Part shown: one piece after another, positions 51,383 to 63,300 of the stretch
Numbering within the stretch: the stretch's first letter is position 1
Layout of the letters: the number at the start of each line of letters is the position of its first letter
Assembly (NCBI RefSeq): GCF_011386835.1
Contig: NC_088797.1
Coordinates: 32,550,001-32,614,000, forward strand
DNA: 64,000 bases
Reading direction: 5' to 3'
Source: Chrysemys picta bellii
Taxonomy: Eukaryota
The notes under the pieces: model-generated
The model's database searches: none
The model's input: the letters and a program-made list of their open reading frames with translations, nothing else
Told to the model about the DNA's origin: nothing
Position numbers and translations under genes: made by a program

Positions 51383-54300
51383 ATGGGGAGGGGTCGGCGT
51401 CAGAGCCAGGCAGGAATTGCCAGTGCCGTGAGAAGCTCTTGGATGGTGCGTCCTGCTCTGAGGATGAGCACCTCAGCCATCCGCAGGAAATCCTACAAGA
51501 AAGTCCAGGGGCAGGCAGGGCCCTTCTCCCCAGCACACTGGGACGAGGCCGATGGTGGCCAGGTGCATGCTGGGAAGCTGCAGGTGATGGAGAAGTTCTT
51601 CACCCCGCTGCAGCGCCCCAAGGAGGGGAAGGGCTCAGAGCGGGAGCTGAGCCGGTGCCGCCAGCAGTGGATGGAGGGGCGGATCGACCGCTTCTCCTCC
51701 TCCTCCTCCTCGGCTGCATCTTCTACCACCGCAGTCTCCTGGTCCTCTGAAGCCAGCCTGGAGAAGGAGGCCTTCTTGGTGGGCGGCCCCATGTCCCAGC
51801 CCCAACATTCCCAGTCATGTGTGGACATCTCCAGAGAAGCCAGGGCCTTGCGCCGGGGAGGGGAGGGGACTGCCAGCTACAAGGCTGAGGAGCCCGTCTC
51901 CTTCCCCAGGCTGAAGAAGGGGCACAGCCAGAGCGTGGACCGGCTGTCCCAGCAGCGGGGTCCCCGGGAGGCCCAGTCCCCACCTCCTGCCCAGGCCGGC
52001 GGGGAAAGCCGGCTCTACAAAGCCAGCAGCCTGGAGAGGAGCTTGGTCTTTAATGAGCAGACCGAGATCTTGGCCCCACGGCTGCACAAACGGGCAGGGG
52101 CCCCGGCACCCAGCAAAGGCATCCTCAAGAATGGGGCTGTTGCCAAGAGCGACGGGCTGCGCAAGGCCAAGTCCATTGAGACTTTCCCTGTGCGGGCAGG
52201 CGAGAGGGAGCCCCGGGGCCTGCCGCCCCCCAGGGCCGAGGAGGAGCTGGAGCTGCTGCCGGAGCTGGGGGTCACCAAGAAGCACCACAGCATGGACCAG
52301 ATGAAACTAGTAGAGGAGAAGCTGAAGTTCTCTGAGTTCCTCAATGAGATCACCAGGCAGGTCATGAGCCCCTCCATCCTCAGCTCCCTGGGCTGGAAGC
52401 CACCAGAGGCTGCCAGTGCCGGCAAGGGCTCTGGCACCGACAGCTCTGAGTCCAAGAGCTCCGGCAGCAAAGGCAGCTCCCAGGGGTCCCTGGCTGAGAG
52501 CCGGGAGGGCCAGTGCCAGCAGGAGAGGGGCCCCCACGGCAGGAAGAGAGGCCCCTGGGGGGATCACACCAACCCAGCTCCCTCCAGGCACATGGACAAT
52601 GTCAGCAGCCTGGAGCTGGGCGTGGCCCCCCAGACCAGGCCAGGCGGTGAGGAGCAGAGGAAGCCTGGGGAAGGCAGGCCGGGCCACGGGGAGGAGACCG
52701 AGGGCCATGAGCAGCCATCTGCCCCCAGGAAGGTGGAGAAGGAGCGGGGCAGCCCCCCCAAGGAGCCCTGGGGCAAGGAGCAGCCAGAAGGGACAACACA
52801 ACAAGGCGGGGCCCACTGCAAGGTAGGTGGCAGTAGAGTAGTCCCTTCAGCACTAAGGCCCCACCCAAATCCCTTCCTGACCTGCCCCCATCCCCTGAGC
52901 CTTACAGCCCTAACAGATCCCCCCCAACTCTTCCCAGGCCCTGCAGCCCCCAACAGATCCCCCACCCCACCCCCTCCTGGGTCACTCGGGCTCTGCAGCC
53001 TCAACAGATTCTCCCCCCGACTCCTCCCGGGCCCTGCAGCCCCAACAGATCCCCCCCTGACCCCTCCTGGGTCACTCGAGCTCTGCAGCCCCAACAGATT
53101 CCCCCCCGCCCCCCGGCCAACTCCTCCCGGGCCCTGCAGCCCCAACAGATTTTTACCCCACCCCCCCACCAACCTCCTTCAGGTCCTCTGGACCCTGCAG
53201 CACCAACAGGTTATCCCCCCCAACCAGAATTACCCACACCCTGCGGCCCCAAACAGATTCCCCCAATCTCCCCAGGGTTATACTGCAGCCCCAACCAGGT
53301 CCTCCCAAAACCCCATCTCATCCCCCCATTCCCTGCACCCACCCGTGCCTGCAGCCCCAACCCCACCTCCTACCCCAGAAACACTTAGATCCTGTGCCCC
53401 CCATTTCCTCCCGACCCTCCCCTTCAATCACCCAGCCAACTGCAGCCCCAACCCCCCCCAGCCCCCGAACCATCAGTACCGTCCAGACAAAAGGCCAGAT
53501 ACAATTCACTCTGCAGCCTGTCACCTCCTCCCAGGGAGCAGGGGGTCTATCTCCAGCTCTGGCAGGGGAGTGGGGTCTAGTGGGTAGAGCAGGGGGCTGG
53601 GAGTCAGGACGCCTGGGTTCTATTCCCAACTCTCTGTACGACCTTGGGGATAAGTCCCTTCCCCGCTGTGTGCCTCAGTTTCCCTCTGTGTTCAAGGGAG
53701 CTACGTAGACTCACCCACTCTGAGATCTTGTGCTGGGCATTGGTGGCGTTTTACAAAGACTTGGGTTGTTGCTGAAGTCTGTCTCTGTCTGTCTATCTAG
53801 GAGCTGCAGCTGCAGACAGCCGATACAGAGCCAGCTAAGTGAGTATTGACCACATGCCACATACCTTGGAGCCTCCAGTCAAGATGCATGTTCCATTTAA
53901 GCTGTGTGTAAGGGACAGGAGGTCACTGTCCCGCTCTGCTCAGCATGGGCGAGGCCTCAGCTGGGTGTTGTGTCCAGGCTGGGCCCCGCACTGTATGAAA
54001 GAGGTGAACAAACTGGAGAGAGTCCGGAGGAGAACAACAAAAACGATCCGAGGTTTAGAAAGCCTGACCCGTTGGGCACGTTCAGTCTAGGGAAGAGATG
54101 GCTGATGGGGGACCTGAGAAGAGCCTTCAGTATGTGAATGGCTTGTACAGTGAAGCCGGAGATCAGTTGTTCTGCAGCACACAAAGGAACCAGCTTCACT
54201 TGCAGCAAGGGAGATTTATATTAGACGTTAGGACAAACATTCTAACAGTTAACACGGGAACAGGTTACCTAGGGAGATGGAGAAATCGCCATGATTGGAG

Positions 54301-57300
54301 GGTTTTGAGAACAAGTTGGACAAACATCTGTCAGGGATGCTCTGGGTTTACTTGGCCCTGCCTCAGTGCAGGGCACTGGAATAGATCTCTCTCGAGGTCC
54401 CTTCCAGCCCTACACTTCTGATTCTATGCCCAGTTCCTACATACCCCATCCAAGCCTCCTTTATACCCATACCTTAGTGTCAGGACAGTTTCAGGGTTGC
54501 TCAACCTCTGACTTACAGCTAGAGCACAGTGCGCTCTGGCCATCAGCCGAAGCTGCCTCCTGCGACAGCCGAGAACAGCCAGAGCGCAGCGCGCTCCAAC
54601 CGCATCCCTGATCCGCCTCCCATGGTCCCGGGGGGAGGGGCACAGAACAGCCAGAGCGCAGTACAACCGCATCCCTGATCCGCCTCCCATGGTCCCGGGG
54701 GGAGGGGCACAGAACAGCCAGAGCGCAGTACAACCGCATCCCTGATCCGCCTCCCACGGTCCCGGGGGGAGGGGCACAGAACAGCCAGAGCGCAGTACAA
54801 CCGCATCCCTGATCCGCCTCCCATGGTCCCGGGGGGAGGGGCACAGAACAGCCAGAGCGCAGCGCGCTCCAATCACATCCCTGATCCGTCTCCCACGGCC
54901 CCGGGGGGAGGGGCACAGAACAGCCAAAGCACAGCGCTCCAACCGCGTCCCTCATCCACCTCCCATGGCCTCCGGGGGGAGGGGCACAGAACAGCCAGAG
55001 CGCGTGTTCCAACCGCATCTCTGATCTGTCTCCCACGGCCTCTGGGGAGAGGAGCACAGACCAGCCAGAGCGCAGCGCGCTCGAACCGCATCCCTGATCC
55101 ACCTCCCACAGCCTCCAGGGGGAGGGGCACAGAACAGCCAGAGCACAGCACGCTCCAATCACATCCCTGATCCACCTCCCATGGCCCCGGGGGCAGAGAA
55201 CAGCCAGAGCGCAGTGCACGCCAACCACATCCCTGATCCACCTCTCACGACCCTAGGGGGCAGAGAACAGCCAGAGCGCTGAGCCACAACCCCTCTGCTG
55301 AAAACAGGACCAGTGCAGGGCCCTTATGCCAGCTACTCCCCAGCTATAGGGAGGAATCCCAGGGGGCAGTCTCCACCCTGTTGCCAGCACAGGTGTGCTC
55401 GAGGACAGCAACAGTGGGTTCGTTGCCCGGTGTGCTTCGCGTCAATAAACACACCAGGGGGAGAAGCAAACAAAGTTTATTTGGGATCCCAAAGCGGTGC
55501 AAGGAGACAGGCACGTCTCAAATCAAGCACATTAACAGGAACAGTTTTTCTTCTTTTATACATTTTGCAGTTAAGCCTCACCCCCCCCCCCCCGCCCTTT
55601 CCGCTCTAGCCCTCCCTTTCTCCCCCCCATTCCTCCCTCTACCCCTCCCGTCCCTGGTAATAGTTAAGTCATTCTTGGCAGCTATAAGCCTAGCTTGTTA
55701 GTAACTTCTTTAAACCGTTATCTTGTCCTTTTTCCCTTCAGCCAGAAACATGCAGACCTCATTATTACTGCTTGAGCAGGGGCTTGCACACAGATAACTG
55801 GTTGCTTACATATTCCAATTGCACCTGGCTTTTGAGGTTGATTAGAGTTTAAACATGGAAGGATAGAGTTTGGTTCACTTAGGCCTAGTGCAGGAAGGCT
55901 TCATTGACACTTAGTGGCCTTCCACCCTCCCGAGTTACCTAGGGTGAGGCTTAATGACGTCAACAACTCCCTCCTTTGAGAATACTCAACAAGCTTTTGG
56001 CTGAGTTTTCTCATATTCTGTGGACAAGATATGATTAAGTGCTATGAAGCTGGGGTTTTCAATGAGAGGGTATGCCGGGATTTTTGAGGAACGGGGGGCA
56101 CAAAGCTTACGGAGGAGCATTTTAAAACAAGCAATTAGGAGGAGGGTGACCAGGCACAATACCACACCGGTGAGGAGGAGACGCACAAGGCCACCCCCCA
56201 GTCCTCCTAGGTTGGGCAACCAACTTCAAAGGGAATTGAAAACTGTGGGTTTCCTTTCCTGGGCCTTCCACTGCTTGAAAGCCTGTTTGGCCGACAGGAT
56301 GTGCTTGTTAATGTCCTGTGAGTTTTCCGGGACATAAGTACAACATTCATTCCCAATAAGGGCACACACCCCGCCCTGGAGGCTAAAACATAATATAAGG
56401 CCTGTCTGTTTTGCAGGGACAGCAACCGGAGCTGGTATAGCTCTGAGTTAAGGCTCTTCTCTATGGCCAAGGTTTCATTAGCGAATGTGGTGAGAAACAC
56501 GGAGAGCCTATGATAAAATTGGGTTAGCTGTTCCACCCCATAGGATGGGAGGAGGATTATACCCAACCTGTCTCCTTCCTTAATGGGCTCTGAGGTGGCA
56601 TACAAAGATTTACGCTGCCTGGGGCGGCCAGGGGTTGTCCCTTAATGCATACTGGGATTCAATGGTACAGTTTTGTCACAAGGGGGTACCCGAGGTATTT
56701 CTTCCCCTACTGAACCATCCCCAACAGATATCTGACCAATTTTGGGGGACCACCCTCCAGGGTAACCCTGCTGTGTGGTGCAGGATTTGGGAACATACTC
56801 AGCAGTTAGAGAGGTTAAACTCTTGGGCAAAGCAAACCTTCAAGGACTCATATGTGTTTGTTTCCAAGTTAGTAGGGATCCCTTTCCATCCCACATGTGC
56901 CTTGGGGGAAACGGGAGGTAACGAAAGGAGTGTCCCTATGGCAAAGAGTACCACTGTGGCAGACCCTGGACCTGAACTCATGCTGGGCAGGTGACCCTAG
57001 GGCCTAACAATTACAATTCCCCAAATACCCACAAAATATCAATTACCAGTAGTATGCAGATTAAAAACAAAAGGACCAGGCCACCAGGTTAGGCCGGCCC
57101 TGTGAGAGTAAACACAACCAACGCTTAGAGTTTTCACGGGGAGTGCGCTGCGACTGTCCAAAGAGACCACAGGGCATTCCCAGCAGGCCTTATTGTCTTT
57201 TGAATAACAGTTTAAGTCTCAGGTCGTCGCTGGCAGTCTTTTTCCGTAGGCTGGACGGTCCACCATTCAGGAGCGGGCACTGCCTTCAGACGGGAGTGAT

Positions 57301-60300
57301 TGAATCCAGTTCTTGTGTCCCTTGACCTTTGCTGCTGTGTGGGAGACCAGCAGGACGGTGTGGGGTCCCTTCCACTTCTCTTGGAGAGGCTTGTCCTTCC
57401 AGGTCCGAACGAGAACGGAATTGCCTGGCTGCAAGGAATGGACAGGGGCATCCAGCGGGAGAGGCTGCAAATCTCTGGTATACCTGTGGAGAGAACAGAG
57501 AACAGCAGACAGAGAGCACATGTACTGAGATAAAAAGCCACACCCCATTTCCCACTCCCCTGCCAGAACCGGTGTACCGTTCATAGGCCATGCCCTTCCA
57601 AACATAATCTCGAAGGGACTGAGCCCTAACCTGCCCTTTGGGAGAGAGCGCATGTGGAGCAAAACAAGGGGTAAGGCATCAGGCCACTTAAGGGAAGCCT
57701 CTTTGCAGACCTTTGAGAGGTGCCGCTTAAGTGTCTGATTTGTGCGTTCCACTACTCCACTGGCCTGCGGTCGTCATGGAGTGTGGAGCTTCCAGGGGAT
57801 TTGCAGGGCATCCGATATCTTCTGAACAACTTGGGATGCGAAGTGTGTTCCGTTGTCAGATTCCATCCACTGGGGGAGGCCGAAGCGGGGAATGATCTCC
57901 TTGACAAATTTCAGAGCCACCGTTTTGGCAGTGTTGTTATGGCATGGGAAGGCTTCAGGCCATCTGCTGAATCGATCCACCAAGACGAAAAGGTATTTGA
58001 ATCCTCGGGTCTGGGGGAACTCAGTAAAGTCTATTTGCCAAACCAGCCCTGGGCCTGGGGTAGGTTCCAGAGTGGCTGGTGGCACTGACACTCCTGGTTG
58101 AGGGTTGTTCTTTTGGCAGACTAGACATTCAGCCTGTACCTGGGAGGCCAGGGGTGTAATAGCCTCCCTGCCAGCGTATAATTCTTTGTTTCTTCACCAG
58201 GGTCAGTTCTTAATGTCTTTTGTAGTCAGGAATTCCTGGACTTTGTGGTTTCAAAGAAGCAAGTGTTCCTTCTTCTCTTTTCCTGAAACAGTGTGGTTCA
58301 GCATCATACAGGGGAGAGGTTACTAGCACATCACCCTGTCTTTAAATAGGCTTATCATCAGTTGGAGAGTCCTCCCGAGGTGGAGGGGTCTTTTTACAGT
58401 GAGAAGCCTGGGTCCAGGTGGGCAGTCCTTGGTACTTCACAGCGGTGTTGGTGGTGAACAGGACTTGGAAAGGGCCTTTCCAGTGTGGAGCCAAAGCAGT
58501 TTTTCGTTGATGGACTTTACGTGGACTCAGTCTCCTTGTTTCAATGAATGGCAGGGCTGCTAGGGTATTTGGGTAGCACTTCTTTTATCTGTGAGAAAAG
58601 AAACCTAACACATTTCATTAATGCCTGACAGTGTTTTGCAGATCTCATAGTTGCTTGGGCCCATTCAGGCCCCCCCTTTTCTTGGCTGTCGGCCAAGTCT
58701 TAGCTTTGGGTAGTGTCCTTGGATGGTGCCAGCATCTTATCTTTGGACTGAGCTTGCTAGCTGTATTTTTTTCCCTCAGTTAACTCATTCTGTTCTTTTT
58801 CTTTTTCTCCTTTTTGGCTTCTTTTAACTTAGAAAGGAAACTTCCACTCTTCACTCATACACCTTTTCCCAACAATGAACACATACACATTGCCATTATC
58901 CAGCAAAATAACTTCTATACAGAGCTTTGGAGCAACAAACCAGGACGAGCACACCCACTTTTGAGGAGTCCAACAAAGTTCAGGAGGCTCACAGTGGCTT
59001 TAAGGCAAGGGGTGAGACCCACAGCAGCCATTAACAAGTCATCCACATATTGCAGGAGGAGGACCCTGTCCTCATTGTCCCACTCCTCCAAGTCTCTGGC
59101 CAGGGCCTGGCCGAAAAGGGTGGGGGAATTTTTAAATCCCTGGGCCAGCACTGTCCAGCAAAGCTGCTTTTTAACCCACCTTTTGTCATCCCACTGGCTC
59201 CACTCTGTGGCTTGCATGGCTGAGGGCTCAATTGCAAGGGTCATTATCCAGGTATTCTCCGGGGGTAAGGTGAGGGTTATTTCATCTTGGGTGAAATGCA
59301 GGGTGGCTCCTAAGCGACAAAGCAGGTCCCGTCCCAGTAGAGGTGTTGGACAATCAGGGAGGTAAACCAGTTTGTGAGATAGAGTTCTGTTTCCCAAAGC
59401 ACATTCCGCTGGGGCATACACTGGGCACTTGGTTCCTTTCCCTGTGGCACCCACCACAGTGAGGGACTCTGACACAGGCAGCTGCAGGGGTCGATTTACG
59501 GCGGCTCGTGCAGCTCCAGAGTCTATTAAAAAGTTGATGTCCAAGTCTCCCACCCTCATGTTTACTCGGGGTTCCAGGGGCAGGATAGTCTGTCTCCCCT
59601 GACACTCCTATTCTTGATCCTCCGCTGCCATCATAGGGGTACCTTCTCTTTCGGGGCACTCATTTTTCCAATGTCCCTCCTTTCGGCATCTGGCACACTG
59701 GTTGCGACCCAGACGCCTTTCCTGTGAGCCAGGGCGCCCACGGCCTCTCATTCCCCGGCCCCTTCCACCTTCCTGGAATTTTCCCCTGCCACCGGCCTGT
59801 ACTGCTGCGACCATCATTTTTGCTTGCCTCTTTTCCTTTTCTTAAGACACAACCTGATTATGCTCCACCTCAGACAGCAGGGTCCGCATAAGGACATTAC
59901 AATCATCCCAGTCAGGGTTACAGCTAGCCAGGCACCCTTCAAAGACCGAGATAGACTTGCTTGGGTTTGTAGAGAATTCCCCTGCCTGTGCCTTAAAGGC
60001 TGCTAGGTCCACCGGGTTAAAAGGCACATGGGTGTAAACCTGCATAGTAGTGGCCTGATTCCTATCTGAGCCATGTCTGGACACCACGGTCTCAGTGATC
60101 AACAGCTAAAATTCCACCGAGGGGGCAATCTCTGGGACCTGAGACACCTTGTCTTTATATGGTGGGGGTGTGATAGCCGAAGGGGACACCGGACCTGCCA
60201 TTACAGCTGTGGGGGGGTTCTGGGAACTAACAATAGCTACTACCGAACCTGTCGGAGTCAAATTACACTTTTGCAAAATATCTAACCTATCTCTTAGCAA

Positions 60301-63300
60301 CATAAACAACTGTACATACATATGTTCATTCCATTTACCCGTTTGCTGACAAAACAGAAGTAATTGAAGGATCGTGTTATAATTAAGTGATCCTTCCGGT
60401 GGCCACCTTTCCTGGTCCTCTAGCTGATATTGAGGCCAGTCTACTGTACAGAACCTTTTCAGTTTACTTTTAATCAACGGATCCGATCCAAACACTTTCC
60501 AATTCACCAGAATGCATTCCAAGGGTGTACACCTTGCCCTGCCTGCCATACTCTGTCCCTGCCCCGTAGGGAGACACTGGGCGTCCCCAGGTCATAACAG
60601 GTAGACACTAGGCGTCCCCAGGTCAAGACAGATAAAGTCCCCACTGGACTGTTCCTACCTTATCCAAGGGTCCGGTTCTGCACCGTCGCCCTATCCATGG
60701 GACCGGTTCCCCACCGTCGCCCGCAGCTGCTTCTCCACTACTCGAGCGCGTTGCACCGTTGTGCCCTCTGGGGTCGACCAAACCACGTCTCCGCCGAGGC
60801 CCCCGGTAAAGTCACCGGTGCGCGCTGGGCGTCGGTCGTCGCCGCAATCTGTCGACCTCCGAGAGGGGTCCGGGCAAGGCTAAATTTCAGCCTCGAGCCC
60901 CACGTTGGGCGCCAAAACTGTTGCCAGCACAGGTGTGCTCGAGGACAGCAACAGTGGGTTCGTTGCCCGGTGTGCTTCGCGTCAATAAACACACCAGGGG
61001 GAGAAGCAAACAAAGTTTATTTGGGATCCCAAAGCGGTGCAAGGAGACAGGCACGTCTCAAATCAAGCACATTAACAGGAACAGTTTTTCTTCTTTTATA
61101 CATTTTGCAGTTAAGCCTCACCCCCCCCCCCGCCCTTTCCGCTCTAGCCCTCCCTTTCTCCCCCCCATTCCTCCCTCTACCCCTCCCGTCCCTGGTAATA
61201 GTTAAGTCATTCTTGGCAGCTATAAGCCTAGCTTGTTAGTAACTTCTTTAAACCGTTATCTTGTCCTTTTTCCCTTCAGCCAGAAACATGCAGACCTCAT
61301 TATTACTGCTTGAGCAGGGGCTTGCACACAGATAACTGGTTGCTTACATATTCCAATTGCACCTGGCTTTTGAGGTTGATTAGAGTTTAAACATGGAAGG
61401 ATAGAGTTTGGTTCACTTAGGCCTAGTGCAGGAAGGCTTCATTGACACTTAGTGGCCTTCCACCCTCCCGAGTTACCTAGGGTGAGGCTTAATGACGTCA
61501 ACAACCCCACAGAGTACAAAGGGGCCTTAGTACCCCAGAGGTGTGAGGGGGACTGCGCTTGAATACATGGGGATGGGTGTGCTCTAAGAGCCCCCTGCAT
61601 CCTTGGAGTGGCTCTGCAGGGGGAGCGCCGATGGAGGGCTGTAGGCAGAGGGGGGCATGCAGCTCAAAGATCCAACAGGGGAGCAGGCCAGCAGTTCTGG
61701 CCCAGATGGATCCTGGTCCTAGCTCCAGTCACTCCAGCCAGGTCCAGGGCTCTGGCATGACAAGACATCTGGGGCTCAGATTCCCCACTGCCAGTGCTCT
61801 CTGTGACCCCAGGTTGCCCAGAGACCATGGCGTGGAGCAGGCGGAAGGAGCAGGTGCAGGGGCCAAGTCTGGCCCTGCTGGGCAGCAGGATCTGCAGCAG
61901 ACCTGGGAAGAGCTGGAGTTGCTGAAGGAGAAGTTCAGCAGGTAAGGGATGCAGAAGCCTGGCCTTTGGGTGGGTGGGGCCTCCTCACAGCCACTCCCCC
62001 AGGAGGTGGAGTCTATTACAGCCCTACCCCCTTGTGGGTTGAGTCTGCTCTCATAGCCACACCCACCAGGAGGCAGAGTCTAGTATAGCCCTTCGCCCCT
62101 TGGGGGCAGAGCCTGCTCTCCAGTTCACTCGCTTGGTGGTTGAGTCTGTTATAGCCCCACCCCTCTTGGAGGCATCAAGTCTATTCTCACAACACTACCT
62201 CCTTGGAGACAGGACCCTTCCCCACATGCACAACTAACCTGTGGGACTCCCCACTGTAGGTACAAAGAGCTCTGATTGGTGGAGCTGGGTTACCAGTAGC
62301 ACCTCCTGCCATTGCACAGCTCTGAGTCCCTCCCTCGCTTCTCCCTGAGGTTCAAGTTTCTTGTCACCCTAGGCCCTTCTGGGCACTGTCCAACCCACGT
62401 GGCATGGCTCCCCTTGGCCTCCGCTACACTGCCAGCAACACAGGAGCCTGTAAGAGACCAGCCCCCATTAACAATAATTATGTCTATACTGAGAGAAGGT
62501 AGAGATTGGGAATGTATCCCACTGCCTCCATCAATCACACACTAAGTCACATGGGTTCTTAGTTTGTATGCTTGTCTGTCGGGCACTCGGCAAAACAGGG
62601 TCCCGAGATCGATCTTGCAAGCTAAGCAGAATTATGTCTCACTAATACTTGGACGGGAAACCTCCAAAGAAAATTCACAGTCCTGCAAAGGATGCGGTGG
62701 AGACTCAGTATAGGGTGCTTTCCCCTCACAATCAGCACTGACCCCATACCCCAGCACAGTGCCACCCAATGCTGGGCAAGAGATCATTATATAAACAGCT
62801 CCCATGCCCTCCCCCCCAGAGGCGGCTGCATCTTAGCACCGGACGAGGGATCCCTGTATGAACAGCCCCCACACGCCATCTCAGCACCAGGTGAAAGATC
62901 CCTGCATCTGTAGGGAGGTTTTCAAGACAGTCTCAATCTCTTGTCTGTTTCCCCCCCAGGCTGCAGGAGGACTATTCCAACACCCAACGCACCAACCAGC
63001 TGCTGGAGGAGAAACTTCACCTCATTGTAAGGGCAGCTTCATTGCTGGCAGGGAGCAGTCCCAGATTTGGGCTTACAGACCCCCACATTGAAAGGGAGCA
63101 ACCCCATGGTCAGATCCATGAGCCCTGGAGACTCAGCTGCCCAGACAGGGAACAACCCATTACCTCATTCAATGTAGGCTCTTACACTGGGCCCATCACC
63201 GTGGTATTTGAGCCTCTAACAGCTGCTCTATCCATATATTAAGTGCACCATGTAGCTACACTCCCGAGGGACGTGGGGGTCTGATTTTTCCATCCCACAA

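Larger units (their letters stand above)
55379..61503 (-). mobile_element. Class I (gamma-like) endogenous retrovirus; two LTRs, internally deleted and chimeric
   Basis: 5' LTR 61503-60919 and 3' LTR 55965-55379 (TGTTG...CAACA); TSD ACCC at 55375-55378 and 61504-61507; PBS 60914-60897; polypurine tract 55980-55966; gag, pro, RT, IN and env remnants in that order. Confidence 0.97.

Noticed and set aside
52823-53587. Pro-rich tail of the 734-aa ORF 51383-53587
   Set aside because: It lies after a good donor (AAG|GTAGGT at 52822) and runs through a C-rich tandem repeat; intron read-through, not coding.
54424-55241. Repetitive ORFs up to 245 aa
   Set aside because: Translations of the 67-bp minisatellite; regular spacing with no unique spacers, so not a CRISPR array either.
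61985-62540. LTR/gag-like fragment in the intron after exon 61941
   Set aside because: Looks like a decayed Gypsy piece, but ends, TSD and motifs could not be fixed.
62590-62690. Possible 5S rRNA gene
   Set aside because: Only the central promoter boxes match, with many substitutions, and it continues into SINE body with no terminator.
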